Counted from the first letter of the stretch, positions 22,330 through 33,809 are shown. The stretch: 64,000 nucleotides of DNA from Hemiscyllium ocellatum (GCF_020745735.1 NW_026867525.1:1-64000), one strand, 5' to 3'. Numbers and translations: made by a program. The notes: a model not told the origin generated them from the sequence alone.

Positions 22330-23688
22330 GACTGCAGATCTGAGCTTAAAAATGTGTTGCTGGAAAAGCGCAGCAGGTCAGGCACTTTACTAACACCTTC
22401 CATCCCGACCTGAAATTCACCTGGACTGTCTCAGACTCCTCCCTCCCCTTCCTAGACCTTTCCATCTCTATCTCGGGCGACCGACTCAACACAGACATCT
22501 ACTATAAACCGACTGACTCCCACAGCTACCTGGACTACACCTCCTCCCACCCTGCCCCCTGCAAAAACTCCATCCCATATTCCCAATTCCTTCGTCTCCG
22601 CCGCATCTACTCCCAGGAGGACCAGTTCCAATACCATACAGCCCAGATGGCCTCCTTCTTCAAGGACCGCAGATTCCCCCCAGACGTGATCGACGATGCC
22701 CTCCACCGCATCTCCTCCACTTCCCGCTCCTCCGCCCTTGAGCCCCGCTCCTCCAACCGCCACCAAGACAGAACCCCACTGGTTCTCACCTACCACCCCA
22801 CCAACCTCCGTATACAGCGTATCATCCGCCATCATTTCTGCCACCTCCAAACGGACCCCACCACCAGGGATATATTTCCCTCCCCTCCCCTATCAGCGTT
22901 CCACAAAGACCACTCCCTTCGTGACTCCCTCGTCAGATCCACACACCCCACCAACCCAACCTCCACCCCCGGCACCTTCCCCTGCAACCGCAGGAAATGT
23001 AAAACTTGCGCCCACACCTCCACACTCACTTCCCTCCAAGGCCCCAAGGGATCCTTCCATATCCGCCACAAGTTCACCTGTACCTCCACACACATCATCT
23101 ATTGCATCCGCTGCACCCGATGTGGCCTCCTCTATATTGGGGAGACAGGCCGCTTACTTGCGGAACGCTTCAGAGAACACCTCTGGGCCGCCCGAACCAA
23201 CCAACCCAATCACCCCGTGGCTCAACACTTTAACTCCCCCTCCCACTCCACCGAGGACATGCAGGTCCTTGGACTCCTCCACCGGCAGAACATAACAACA
23301 CGACGGCTGGAGGAGGAGCGCCTCATCTTCCGCCTGGGAACCCTCCAACCACAAGGTATGAACTCAGATTTCTCCAGCTTCCTCATTTCCCCTCCCCCCA
23401 CCTTGTCTCAGTCGGTTCCCTCAACTCAGCACCGCCCTCCTAACCTGCAATCCTCTTCCTGACCTCTCCGCCCCCACCCCACTCCGGCCTATCACCCTCA
23501 CCTTGACCTCCTTCCACCTATCCCACCTCCATCGCCCCTCCCCCTAGTCCCTCCTCCCTACCTTTTATCTTAGCCTGCCTGGCACACTCTCCTCATTCCT
23601 GAAGAAGGGCTCATGCCCGAAACGTCGATTCTCCTGCTCCTTGGATGCTGCCTGACCTGCTGCGCTTTTCCAGCAACACATTGTTAAG
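22330..23688 (+). mobile_element. 5'-truncated Penelope-like retroelement (RT thumb and GIY-YIG endonuclease) with an inverted partial terminal repeat at its 5' end
   Basis: Open frame FTNTFHPDLKFT...PFLDL...IYYKPTDSHSYL...IPYSQFLRLRRI, then C..CKTC and IIYCIRCTRCGLLYIGETGR..ERFREH (stop 23462); 22350-22384 is the reverse complement of 23649-23682; near-duplicate gttgagaa(c/a)cctgt on both flanks. Confidence 0.93.
23599..23626 (+). ncRNA. Minimal type I hammerhead ribozyme core in the Penelope 3' repeat
   Basis: CTGAAGA-A-GGGC-TCAT-GCCC-GAAA-CGTC; minimal hammerheads are a known feature of Penelope terminal repeats. Confidence 0.7.
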
Positions 23689-23807
23689 TTGAGAAACCTG
23701 TCAGCCATGATTGAATGGTGCAGCAGACCGGATGGGATGAATGGCCTAATTTCTGCCCCTGTGTTATCAGAGTGTTATAGAACAGAGGGCTGGGAGACCA
23801 CACTTAC

Positions 23808-23913
23808 ATTTCTGGAGATCGCCCAGCTTTTTTTCCAAATCCGCGATCCTCATGCTCAGAGCACTGACCTGCTTGGATTGACTCACAGCCAGGAGTAACT
23901 CCTCGAACGTTAT
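23808..23913 (-). CDS. C1q-domain gene B, exon 3: coiled coil (ITFEELLLAVSQSKQVSALSMRIADLEKKLGDLQK)
   Basis: ccctgtcttag| acceptor and |gtaagt donor, 106 nt, same phases as gene A exon 3; shares ITF and IADLE. Confidence 0.87.
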
Positions 23914-23977
23914 CTAAGACAGGGATAAAACCAAAACTGGTTTCAGGCCACTTCAGAAAGAGATGTGTACACTCACC

Positions 23978-24448
23978 CACCGACAGTGCCCACTCCCTCA
24001 GCACTGACCCTCCGACAGTGCCCACTCCCTCAGCACTGACCCTCCGACAGTGCCCACTCCCTCAGCACTGACCCTCCGACAGTGCCCACTCCTTCAGCAC
24101 TGACCCTCCGACCGTGCCCACTCCCTCAGCACTGACCCTCCGACAGTGCCCACTCCCTCAGCACTGACCCTCCGACAGTGCCCACTCCTTCAGCACTGAC
24201 CCTCCGACCGTGCCCACTCCCTCAGCACTGACCCTCCGACAGTGCCCACTCCCTCAGCACTGACCCTCCGACAGTGCTCACTCCCTCAGCACTGACCCTC
24301 CGACAGTGCCCACTCCCTCAGCACTGATCCTCCCACAGTGCCCACTCCCTCAGCACTGACCCTCCGACAGTGCCCACTCCATCAGCACTGACCCTCCGAC
24401 AGTGCCCACTCCCTCAGCACTGACCCTCCGACAGTGCCCACTCCCCTC
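23978..24448. repeat. 29-bp minisatellite
   Basis: Same unit as 7030-9580, in the equivalent intron of gene B. Confidence 0.95.
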
Positions 24449-24510
24449 ACGATCCCTCACAGTTGCCGTGTGCTGACAGTTTGTGGTCGATGGGCCTGGT
24501 CACCCAGATC

Positions 24511-25422
24511 NNNNNNNNNNNNNNNNNNNNNNNNNNNNNNNNNNNNNNNNNNNNNNNNNNNNNNNNNNNNNNNNNNNNNNNNNNNNNNNNNNNNNNNNNN
24601 NNNNNNNNNNNNNNNNNNNNNNNNNNNNNNNNNNNNNNNNNNNNNNNNNNNNNNNNNNNNNNNNNNNNNNNNNNNNNNNNNNNNNNNNNNNNNNNNNNNN
24701 NNNNNNNNNNNNNNNNNNNNNNNNNNNNNNNNNNNNNNNNNNNNNNNNNNNNNNNNNNNNNNNNNNNNNNNNNNNNNNNNNNNNNNNNNNNNNNNNNNNN
24801 NNNNNNNNNNNNNNNNNNNNNNNNNNNNNNNNNNNNNNNNNNNNNNNNNNNNNNNNNNNNNNNNNNNNNNNNNNNNNNNNNNNNNNNNNNNNNNNNNNNN
24901 NNNNNNNNNNNNNNNNNNNNNNNNNNNNNNNNNNNNNNNNNNNNNNNNNNNNNNNNNNNNNNNNNNNNNNNNNNNNNNNNNNNNNNNNNNNNNNNNNNNN
25001 NNNNNNNNNNNNNNNNNNNNNNNNNNNNNNNNNNNNNNNNNNNNNNNNNNNNNNNNNNNNNNNNNNNNNNNNNNNNNNNNNNNNNNNNNNNNNNNNNNNN
25101 NNNNNNNNNNNNNNNNNNNNNNNNNNNNNNNNNNNNNNNNNNNNNNNNNNNNNNNNNNNNNNNNNNNNNNNNNNNNNNNNNNNNNNNNNNNNNNNNNNNN
25201 NNNNNNNNNNNNNNNNNNNNNNNNNNNNNNNNNNNNNNNNNNNNNNNNNNNNNNNNNNNNNNNNNNNNNNNNNNNNNNNNNNNNNNNNNNNNNNNNNNNN
25301 NNNNNNNNNNNNNNNNNNNNNNNNNNNNNNNNNNNNNNNNNNNNNNNNNNNNNNNNNNNNNNNNNNNNNNNNNNNNNNNNNNNNNNNNNNNNNNNNNNNN
25401 NNNNNNNNNNNNNNNNNNNNNN
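24511..25422. other. Assembly gap (others: 6653-6838, 26439-26677, 32937-33131, 35840-36031)
   Basis: Runs of N. Confidence 1.
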
Positions 25423-26122
25423 CTCCTGACCCACACAATCACTAACACTCAACACTGGAGCCCCCAGGGGTGTGTACTCAGCCCCCTACTGTACTCACTG
25501 TATACCCATGGCTGCGTCGCCAAATACCAGACTAACGCCATTTATAAGTTCGCTGATGACCCCACCATGGTCGGTCAGATCTCAGATGGTGATGAAACAG
25601 ATTACAGCCGGGAGAGGGAAGACCTGGGAAAACGGTGCACTGAGAACAACCGAGCTCCCAATGCCGGCAAAACCAAGGAACTCGTTATTGACCTTCGGCG
25701 GGATGTTACTCATGCCCCCCACACATTAACAGCACAGAGGGGGAATGTGTGGAGAGGGTCAAGCTCCTGGGAGTGGTCATCAACAACAAGCTTTCTTGGA
25801 CTCTTCATGTGGACGCACTGGTTACAAAGGCCCAACAACGTCTCCTCTTCCTCAGGCAACTGAGGGAATTTGCCATGACGGTGAATACCCTTACCAACGT
25901 TTATAGGTGTCCCATCGAGAGCGTTCTGTCTGGGTGTGTCACTACCTGGTATGGCACCTGTACCGTTCAGTATCGGAGACGGTTACAGAGAGTGGGGAAC
26001 TCGGCCCGGACAATCACAAAGGCCACCCTCCCGTCTATCGAATCCATCTACCAGGCCCCGCTGTCAGGGAAAGGCCCCCAGCATTCTCAAAGATCCATCC
26101 CACCCTGGCAATGCTTTTCCAC
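25423..26122 (+). mobile_element. Rex1/Babar-like LINE RT fragment
   Basis: PQGCVLSPLLYSLYTH.CVAK....IYKFADD...KTKELVIDLRR; KAQQRLLFLRQL...YRCPIESVLSGCVTTWYG. Confidence 0.85.
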
Positions 26123-26126
26123 AATC

Positions 26127-26428
26127 TCAGTGGTTAGCAACTGCTGCCTCCCAGCGCCAGGGACCCGGGTTCGATCCCACCCTCGGGCGACTGTCTGGGT
26201 GGAGCTTGCACGTTCTCCCCGTGTCTGTGTGGGTTTCCTCCGGGTGCTCCGGTTTCTTCCCACAGTCCAAAGATGTGCAGGTTCGGGGGAGTTGGTCATG
26301 CTAAATTGCCCTTAGTGTTAGGTACATTAGTCAGAGGGGAATGGGACTGGGTGGGTTACTCTTCGGCGGGTCGGTGTGGACTGGTTGGGCCGAAAGGCCT
26401 GTTTCCACACTGTAGGGAATGTAATCTA
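26127..26428 (+). mobile_element. tRNA-derived SINE (HE1-like)
   Basis: cagtggttagcaactgctgcctc...ggttcgatccc...ggcctgtttccacactgtagg. Confidence 0.85.
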
Positions 26429-27249
26429 CCATCGGGGGNNNNNNNNNNNNNNNNNNNNNNNNNNNNNNNNNNNNNNNNNNNNNNNNNNNNNNNNNNNNNN
26501 NNNNNNNNNNNNNNNNNNNNNNNNNNNNNNNNNNNNNNNNNNNNNNNNNNNNNNNNNNNNNNNNNNNNNNNNNNNNNNNNNNNNNNNNNNNNNNNNNNNN
26601 NNNNNNNNNNNNNNNNNNNNNNNNNNNNNNNNNNNNNNNNNNNNNNNNNNNNNNNNNNNNNNNNNNNNNNNNNNNNNTCTATCCCACTGTAGTTAGAATA
26701 CCGAATGGACTCACAAACTCCGAGCATTTGCCTGGACCTGTGTGTTTGTTTTAGCTGCTGTTTACCCTGTTATTTACGTACCTATGCGACTTAACTCTGG
26801 GATCTGTCTGTATTGCTCACAAGACAAAACTTTTCACTGTGTCTCGGTACACGGGACAATCCATTCAATTTAACTCAAGACACTGCCTCGTTTCTCTCTC
26901 TCTCCTTCATACTCAACTGGGACAAGCTCCTGGTCTCTGTGAGTCTCCCAGTCCGACAGATCACTCACAATCACTCCCCAAACAGCATCAGCTCCCGAGA
27001 AACAGGCGGATTCCACTAGATCCCTCTGATCTCATGGGAGTGGGGTGGGGACACAGGAAGCAGTTCCTGGGATCTCCCCTTCTGTCCTGGTCTGGATCAG
27101 ATGGATCCGCTGCTCGGATATCCAGGGGGACAGTGTGTGCAGCCACAGACCCTGGACACAGCAATGCCAAGAGCACAGCCAGCGAGGGGGGGTCCGGGAG
27201 GGGGGAAGGGAGGGGTTACACCATGATCTGGTTTGCAGCAGCCACTTAC

Positions 27250-27330
27250 CTCCGAGAGACCGGTACAATTCCCAGAGGGTGAGGACGTCCGGCTGAAGAC
27301 GTGACAAGGAATCACCAACAGCCACATCAC
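27250..27330 (-). CDS. C1q-domain gene B, exon 2 (VMWLLVIPCHVFSRTSSPSGNCTGLSE)
   Basis: 80/81 nt identical to gene A exon 2 with the same splice sites. Confidence 0.75.
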
Positions 27331-27399
27331 CTGATTCAGAACAGAGGGACACAACACAGTGTCACAGTAACTCACCAAACCAGACAATGTCCCCATCAC

Positions 27400-27895
27400 A
27401 GCCCCCCCCCTCAGCACTGACCCTCCGACAGGGCCACCCCCCTCAGCACTGACCCTCCCACAGTGCGGCACTCCCTCAGCACTGACCCTCCGACAGTGCC
27501 CACTCCCTCAGCACTGACCCTCCGGCAGTGCCCACTCCCTCAGCACTGACCCTCCGACAGTGCCCACTCCCTCAGCACTGACCCTCCCACAGTGCCCACG
27601 CCCTCAGCACTGACCCCCCGACAGTGCCCACCCTCTCAGCACTGACCCTCCCACAGTGCCCACTCCCTCAGCACTGACCCTCCCACAGTGCCCACCCTCA
27701 GCACTGACTCTCCGACAGTGCCCACTCCCCCAGCCCTGACCCTCCAACAGTGCGGCTCTCCCTCAGCACTGACCCTCCGACAGTGCCCACTCCCTCAGCA
27801 CTGACCCTCCGACAGTGCCCACTCCCCCAGCCCTGACCCTCCGACAGTGCGGCTCTCCCTCAGCACTGACCCTCCGACAGTGCCCACTCCCTCAG
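27400..27895. repeat. 29-bp minisatellite
   Basis: Same unit, in intron 1 of gene B. Confidence 0.95.
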
Positions 27896-27931
27896 GAGTC
27901 AGAATCACTGGTTCCCATTTGGAGCCGTTAC

Positions 27932-27949
27932 CTTCCTGATCCCTGCCAT
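27932..27949 (-). CDS. C1q-domain gene B, exon 1 coding part (MAGIRK)
   Basis: aaacaATGG Kozak context; AGG AAG|gtaacg donor; parallels MLDMRK of gene A. Confidence 0.7.
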
Positions 27950-28123
27950 TGTTTCAGTGAGAAGCTGAGATCTGTTTGTGACAGAGAGTCCCTCTCCGTG
28001 TGCCCGTCTGTCTCGTTCTGTCTCTCTGGGTGTTGTCTTGTGAGTGTTTCATCAGACTCAGGAAATGGGATCCCGCGGCAGAACCGAAACCAGGAACGAA
28101 CCACAGCTCAGAGAGCAATGGGA

Positions 28124-28712
28124 GATTAGATTAGATTACTTACAGTGTGGAAACAGGCCCTTCAGCCCAACAAGTCCACACTGACCTGCCGAAGCGCAAC
28201 CCACCCATACCCCTACATTTACCCCTTACCTAACACTGTGGGTAATTTCTCATGGCCGACCCACCCTAACCTGCACATCCCGGGACACTATGGGACAATT
28301 TCCCACGGCCAATCCACCCTAACCTGCACATCCCTGGACACTATGGGACAATTTCCCATGGCCAATCCACCCTGACCTGTACATCCCTGGACACTATGGG
28401 ACAATATCCCATGGCCAATCCACCCTAACCTGCACATCCCTGGGCACTATGGGACAATTTCCCATGGCCAACCCACCCTAACCTGCCCATCCCTGGGCAC
28501 TATGGGACAATTTCCCATGGCCAACCCACCCTAACCTGCCCATCCCTGGGCACTATGGGACAATTTCCCATGGCCAACCCACCCTAACCTACACACCTTT
28601 GGACTGTGGGAGGAAACCAGAGCACCTGGAGGAATCCCACACAGACACGGGGAGAATGTACAAACTCTACACAGTCAGTCGCCCGAGGGTGGGATCGAAC
28701 CGGGGTCCCTGG
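28124..28712 (-). mobile_element. SINE with an internal ~49-bp tandem amplification
   Basis: SINE tail at 28124-28245, about 7 tandem units, SINE body/head at 28600-28712. Confidence 0.85.
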
Positions 28713-28852
28713 TGAGCCCAGAGTGAGATGCCCTGGGCAGGTGGTCAGGGTGCCATGCCAGTGCTGGAGAAACGCAGAGACCCTCGACCCGAGCCCAGTT
28801 TTAATGGAACTCTGAAACACTCCCTTCCATAAAGTCTCCATCTTCAGAGCTT

Positions 28853-29732
28853 CGAGGGACCCTCCCCCTCCCCCCACACCCTCAGACAGTACACCCCAGA
28901 CCCTAACCCCCTCGAGGGACCCTCCCCCTCCCCCCCACACCCTCAGACAGTACGCCCCAGACCCTAACCCCCTCGAGGGACCCTCCCCCTCCCCCCACAC
29001 CCTCAGACAGTACGCCCCAGACCCTAACCCCCTCAAGGGACCCTCCCCCTCCCCCCACACCCTCAGACAGTACGCCCCAGACCCTAACCCCCTCAAGGGA
29101 CCCTCCCCCTCCCCCCACACCCTCAGACAGTACACCCCAGACCCTAACCCCCTCGAGGGACCCTCCCCCTCCCCCCCACACCCTCAGACAGTACGCCCCA
29201 GACCCTAACCCCCTCGAGGGACCCTCCCCCTCCCCCCACACCCTCAGACAGTACGCCCCAGACCCTAACCCCCTCAAGGGACCCTCCCCCTCCCCCCACA
29301 CCCTCAGACAGTACACCCCAGACCCTAACCCCCTCGAGGGACCCTCCCCCTCCCCCTCCCCCTCCCCCTCCCCCCCCACACCCTCAGACAGTACACCCCA
29401 GACCCTAACCCCCTCGAGGGACCCTCCCCCTCCCCCCCACACCCTCAGACAGTACACCCCAGACCCTAACCCCCTCGAGGGACCCTCCCCCTCCCCCCCA
29501 CACCCTCAGACAGTACGCCCCAGACCCTAACCCCCTCGAGGGACCCTCCCCCTCCCCCCCACACCCTCAGACAGTACACCTCAGACCCTAACCCCCTCGA
29601 GGGACCCTCCCCCTCCCCCCACACCCTCAGACAGTACGCCCCAGACCCTAACCCCCTCGAGGGACCCTCCCCCTCCCCCCCACACCCTCAGACAGTACAC
29701 CCCAGACCCTAACCCCCTCGAGGGACCTCAGA
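28853..29732. repeat. 60-61 bp minisatellite (cacaccctcagacagtacaccccagaccctaaccccctcgagggaccctccccctcccc)n
   Basis: About 14 units; related array at 37380-37598. Confidence 0.95.
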
Positions 29733-29744
29733 CAGTGGTGGTGA

Positions 29745-30303
29745 AGTTCCTCCTCCTGCCCTGTGGGTGGCGCTGTGAGTGTGGTTGCAGTGCCTCCTCC
29801 TGTCCTGTGGGTGGCGGTGTGAGTGATGGAGGAGTTCCTCCTCCTGTCCTGTGGGTGGCGGTGTGAGTGATGGAGGAGTTCCTCCTCCTGTCCTGTGGGT
29901 GGCGGTGTGAGTGATGGAGGAGTTCCTCCTCCTGTCCTGTGGGTGGCGGTGTGAGTGATGGAGGAGTTCCTCCTCCTGTCCTGTGGGTGGCGGTGTGAGT
30001 GAGGTTGCAGTGCCTCCTCCTGTCCTGTGGGTGGCGGTGTGAGTGTGGTTGCAGTTCCTCCTCCTGTCCTGTGGGTGGCGGTGTGAGTGTGGTTGCAGTT
30101 CCTCCTCCTGTCCTGTGGGTGGCGGTGTGAGTGTGGTTGCAGTGCCTCCTCCTGTCCTGAGGGTGGCGGTGTGAGTGAGGTTGCAGTGCCTCCTCCTATC
30201 CTGTGGGTGGCGGTGTGAGTGAGGTTGCAGTTCCTCCTCCTGTCCTGTGGGTGGCGGTGTGAGTGAGGTTGCAGTGCCTCCTCCGGTCCTGTGGGTGGCG
30301 CTG
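29745..30303. repeat. 41-45 bp minisatellite (cctcctcctgtcctgtgggtggcggtgtgagtg...)n abutting the FBL promoter
   Basis: About 13 tandem units of two subtypes. Confidence 0.95.
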
Positions 30304-30313
30304 TGTGGGGAGG

Positions 30314-30350
30314 ACCGGAAGTCCGGGGGCCCTGGATTGGAGACACGTGG
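30314..30350 (+). promoter_or_regulatory. FBL proximal promoter motifs: ETS/GABP (CCGGAAGT 30315-30322), inverted CCAAT (30336-30340), E-box CACGTG (30344-30349)
   Basis: Three canonical housekeeping-promoter motifs 55-90 nt upstream of the FBL ATG. Confidence 0.6.
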
Positions 30351-30404
30351 TGCAGTGTGTGTCTGTGATTGAGAGTCTGCTGTGGGGACAAGGAGCGGTG
30401 CAGA

Positions 30405-30414
30405 ATGAGGCCAG
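30405..30414 (+). CDS. FBL: Fibrillarin exon 1 (ATG AGG CCA G)
   Basis: agaATGAGGCCAG|gtacag; the 10-nt phase-1 coding exon joins exon 2 to give MRPGFSPRGG, the vertebrate fibrillarin N-terminus. Confidence 0.82.
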
Positions 30415-30752
30415 GTACAGAGGGGCACCCTGGGGTGCTGAGCACTGTGTGTGTGTGTGAGGTACAGAGGGGCACCCTGGGGTGCTGAGCACTGTGTGTG
30501 TGTGTGAGGTACAGAGGGCCACCCTGGGGTGCTGAGCACTGTGTGTGTGTGTGAGGTACAGAGGGCCACCCTGGGGTGCTGAGCACTGTGTGTGTGTGTG
30601 AGGTACAGAGGGCCACCCTGGGGTGCTGAGCACTGTGTGTGTGTGTGAGGTACAGAGGGCCACCCTGGGGTGCTGAGCACTGTGTGTGTGTGTGAGGTAC
30701 AGAGGGCCACCCTGGGGTGCTGAGCACTGTGTGTGTGTGAGGTACAGAGGTA
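30415..30752. repeat. ~44-bp minisatellite (aggtacagagggccaccctggggtgctgagcactgtgtgtgtgtgtg)n starting at the FBL exon 1 donor
   Basis: About 7 units. Confidence 0.95.
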
Positions 30753-30827
30753 GGGAGGGACAGTCTGACACACCAGAATGTGAGCACCACAGATACATAA
30801 TGTAATTACTTTACCGTGTTCCACACA

Positions 30828-31342
30828 CTGTCCCTGTCCTGGGAGTGTTTGATGGGGGACAGTGTAGAGGGAGCTTTACTCTGTATCTAACCCCGTGCTG
30901 TCCCTGTCCCTGTCCCTGGGAGTGTTTGATGGGGGGAGAGTGTAGAGGGAGCTTTACTCTGTATCTAACCCGTGCTGTCCCTGTCCCTGGGAGTGTTTGA
31001 TGGGGGGACAGTGTAGAGGGAGCTTTACTCTGTATCTAACCCCGTGCTGTCCCTGTCCCTGGGAGTGTTTGATGGGGGGACAGTGTAGAGGGAGCTTTAC
31101 TCTGTATCTAACCCCGTGCTGTCCCTGTCCCTGGGAGTGTTTGATGGGGGGACAGTGTAGAGGGAGCTTTACTCTGTATCTAACCCCGTGCTGTCCCTGT
31201 CCCTGGGAGTGTTTGATGGGGGGACAGTGTAGAGGGAGCTTTACTCTGTAGCTAACCCCGTGCTGTCCCTGTCCCTGTCCCTGGGAGTGTTTGATAGGGG
31301 GAGAGTGTAGAGGGAGCTTTACTCTGTAGCTAACCCCGTGCT
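30828..31342. repeat. 57-bp minisatellite family
   Basis: Same unit as 78-1056. Confidence 0.95.
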
Positions 31343-31495
31343 GGGTGGTCAAAGTTAAAATCCACCCCACAGCAGGTTATAGTCCCTCAGGTTTATGTGG
31401 AAGCGCTGGCTATCGGAGCGCTGCTCCTTGAGGTGGCCGTCGAGTGGAAGGTTGTGGGACACAGGGTTTACAGTGAGGGGTTACCGTGTAATTTT

Positions 31496-31802
31496 TAGAT
31501 TAGATTACTTACAGTGTGGAAACAGGCCCTTCGGCCCAACAAGTCCACACCAACCCGCCGAAGAAGCGCAACCCACCCTTACCCCTACACTTACCCCTTA
31601 CCTAACACTACGGGCAATTTAGCATGGTCAATTCACCTGACCCGCACATCTTTGTGACTGTGGGAGGAAACTGGAGCACCCGGAGGAAACCCACGCAGAC
31701 ACGGGGAGAACGTGCAAACTCCACACAGTCAGTCGCCTGAGTCGGGAATTGAACCCGGGTCCCTGGCGCTGTGAGGCAGCAGTGCTAACCACCGTGCCGC
31801 CC
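31496..31802 (-). mobile_element. tRNA-derived SINE (HE1-like)
   Basis: Full head-to-tail copy very similar to 4818-5112. Confidence 0.9.
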
Positions 31803-32274
31803 ACAAACGGGTGGTGGAACTGAAATGCGATGTTGGTAGTGAGTGGGTGCGGGGTGTGTAACACAGGGTGACTGAGGGTGCAGCCATCAGCTGTTTCCGG
31901 TTTGGTTTGGTGTCTGTGTGGACCCGGACGTGCCTGGCGCCGAAAGACGGCAGGCTAGCCCTTAATGTCTGGGCTGGCTTAGTTGCCTGGGCTGGATGTT
32001 GACAACGGCCAGGCGCCAGTCAATGCAGAACTGTTTGTGCGTTGGGGGAGCTTGCTGTGAGCTAATTGGGTGTTTAATCACCAGGGTTAGGGCCGGCGGA
32101 GAGTGAGTGGTTATTGGGCACGGGCTGCAGGACAGAGGGCAGGGTGGTGTCTGTCCCACCACCCTCCTGCTATGGGGTGGGGGGAGGGCTGCAACAGTGC
32201 TAGCCCCCCCCCCCTCGCTCCCCGTGGGGTTAAAAACCCCCTTTACTCTCTCTCTCTCTCTCTTTGCCTCGCAG

Positions 32275-32424
32275 GGTTTTCTCCGCGTGGCGGTGGAAGG
32301 GGCGGTTTCGGAGGCCGAGGTGGTTTCGGGGGCCGAGGTGGGAGAGGAGGAGGAGGTGGCCGTGGCGGTTTCGGAGGCCGAGGTGGGAGAGGAGGGGGAG
32401 GAGGTGACCGAGGAGGTGGTCGAG
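32275..32424 (+). CDS. FBL: Fibrillarin exon 2 (GAR domain)
   Basis: GFSPRGGGRGGFGGRGG...; ctcgcag| acceptor and |gtacac donor, 150 nt, phase 1/1. Confidence 0.9.
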
Positions 32425-33809
32425 GTACACGTCTCTCTCTCTCTGGGTCGACTTTACTCGCGCGCGGAAACGCTGTGTAAACTCTGCCAGCACTGAGGAG
32501 GCCACTCGGCTCCTCTAGGCCGTGCCAACCCCTCGTAAAGATCTCTCTGATTAGATACCTCTCCTCTGTTCACCACCCCCCCCTCCCCCCTCCCCCTCCC
32601 CCTCCCCCTCCCCCTCCCCCTCCCCCTTCCCCTCCCCCTTCCAGCATTTCCCTGGTTTAACCCCCACTTTTGGAATCTGATGCCTCTCGGGCACCATCTC
32701 CTACATTACAACAACAACTCGTGTCAACAAATGTTTCCCCCCCCCCCCCCCCAAGAATTCTCCCTGATCTGTGTCCCTGGGGTGACTGACACCCTCCTGA
32801 CCCTGGAGACAGTGTCTCCCTCGTTGACTTGACTAAAATCCTCCCACTGAGTTTGAGTACTGATTTAATCTGCCCCTTAACTTTCCCTGCTCTGAGGGGA
32901 GACCGTCCCAATCCCTCCGCCTGTCCGTCTCTGTCTNNNNNNNNNNNNNNNNNNNNNNNNNNNNNNNNNNNNNNNNNNNNNNNNNNNNNNNNNNNNNNNN
33001 NNNNNNNNNNNNNNNNNNNNNNNNNNNNNNNNNNNNNNNNNNNNNNNNNNNNNNNNNNNNNNNNNNNNNNNNNNNNNNNNNNNNNNNNNNNNNNNNNNNN
33101 NNNNNNNNNNNNNNNNNNNNNNNNNNNNNNNTGTGTCTGTCTCTGTCGCTCTGTCTGTATCTCTCTCTCTGATTCCCCCCCACCCCGTCTCTGTCTCTCA
33201 CTCACCCTCCCCTCTGTCCCTCTCTCTCTCCCCCCCTCTTTCTTCCCTCCCCCCTCCCCCATCTGTCTGTCTGTCTCTGTCGCTCTGTCTGTATCTCTCT
33301 CTCTGATCCCCCCCCACCCCGTCTCTGTCTCTCACTCACCCTCTCTTCTGTCTCTCTCTCTCTCTCTGTTTCCCCCCCCCTCTGTGTCTGTCTGTCGCTC
33401 TGTCTGTATCTCTCTCTCTAATCCCCACCCCACCCCTGTCTCTGTCTCCCTGTGAAGTCCGTCACCATAGACACTGTCCTAGTACGGGCCCTGACTGTCA
33501 CCGTCCCCACAAGACCTGGTGTTGGGCGTCGGTGCTGCAGCTGAGGGGCCAGCCAGTGTTGGGAGAAAGGTCTCTGCCGTTCAATGCTGCTGCAGCCTTC
33601 TGTCCATCCTCAGGCCCCTGAGGGACCTGCCCAAGGTGTTGTGACCCCCTTAAAAAGACAGCCCCACGCCTCCCCCCACCTCCCGCTCTCTCTGGGACCC
33701 TGTTAACTGCTTCATAAACATCCCCTCCCATTCTCTCACCGTCTCGGTGTTGGAACGGACCCTGCCATGTATTTGCTCACCGTCCCAGAGCACTGGCAGA
33801 TTCTCCTGA

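Noticed and set aside
24434-25863. ORFs spanning N runs
   Set aside because: Artefacts of translating assembly gaps; only the LINE RT portion after 25423 is real sequence.
28853-29732. Telomeric repeat (CCCTAA)
   Set aside because: Only one CCCTAA per 60-bp unit, not an interstitial telomere array.
29648-30824. Thr/Pro/His-rich mucin-like ORFs on -
   Set aside because: Products of three adjacent minisatellites overlapping the FBL promoter and exon 1.
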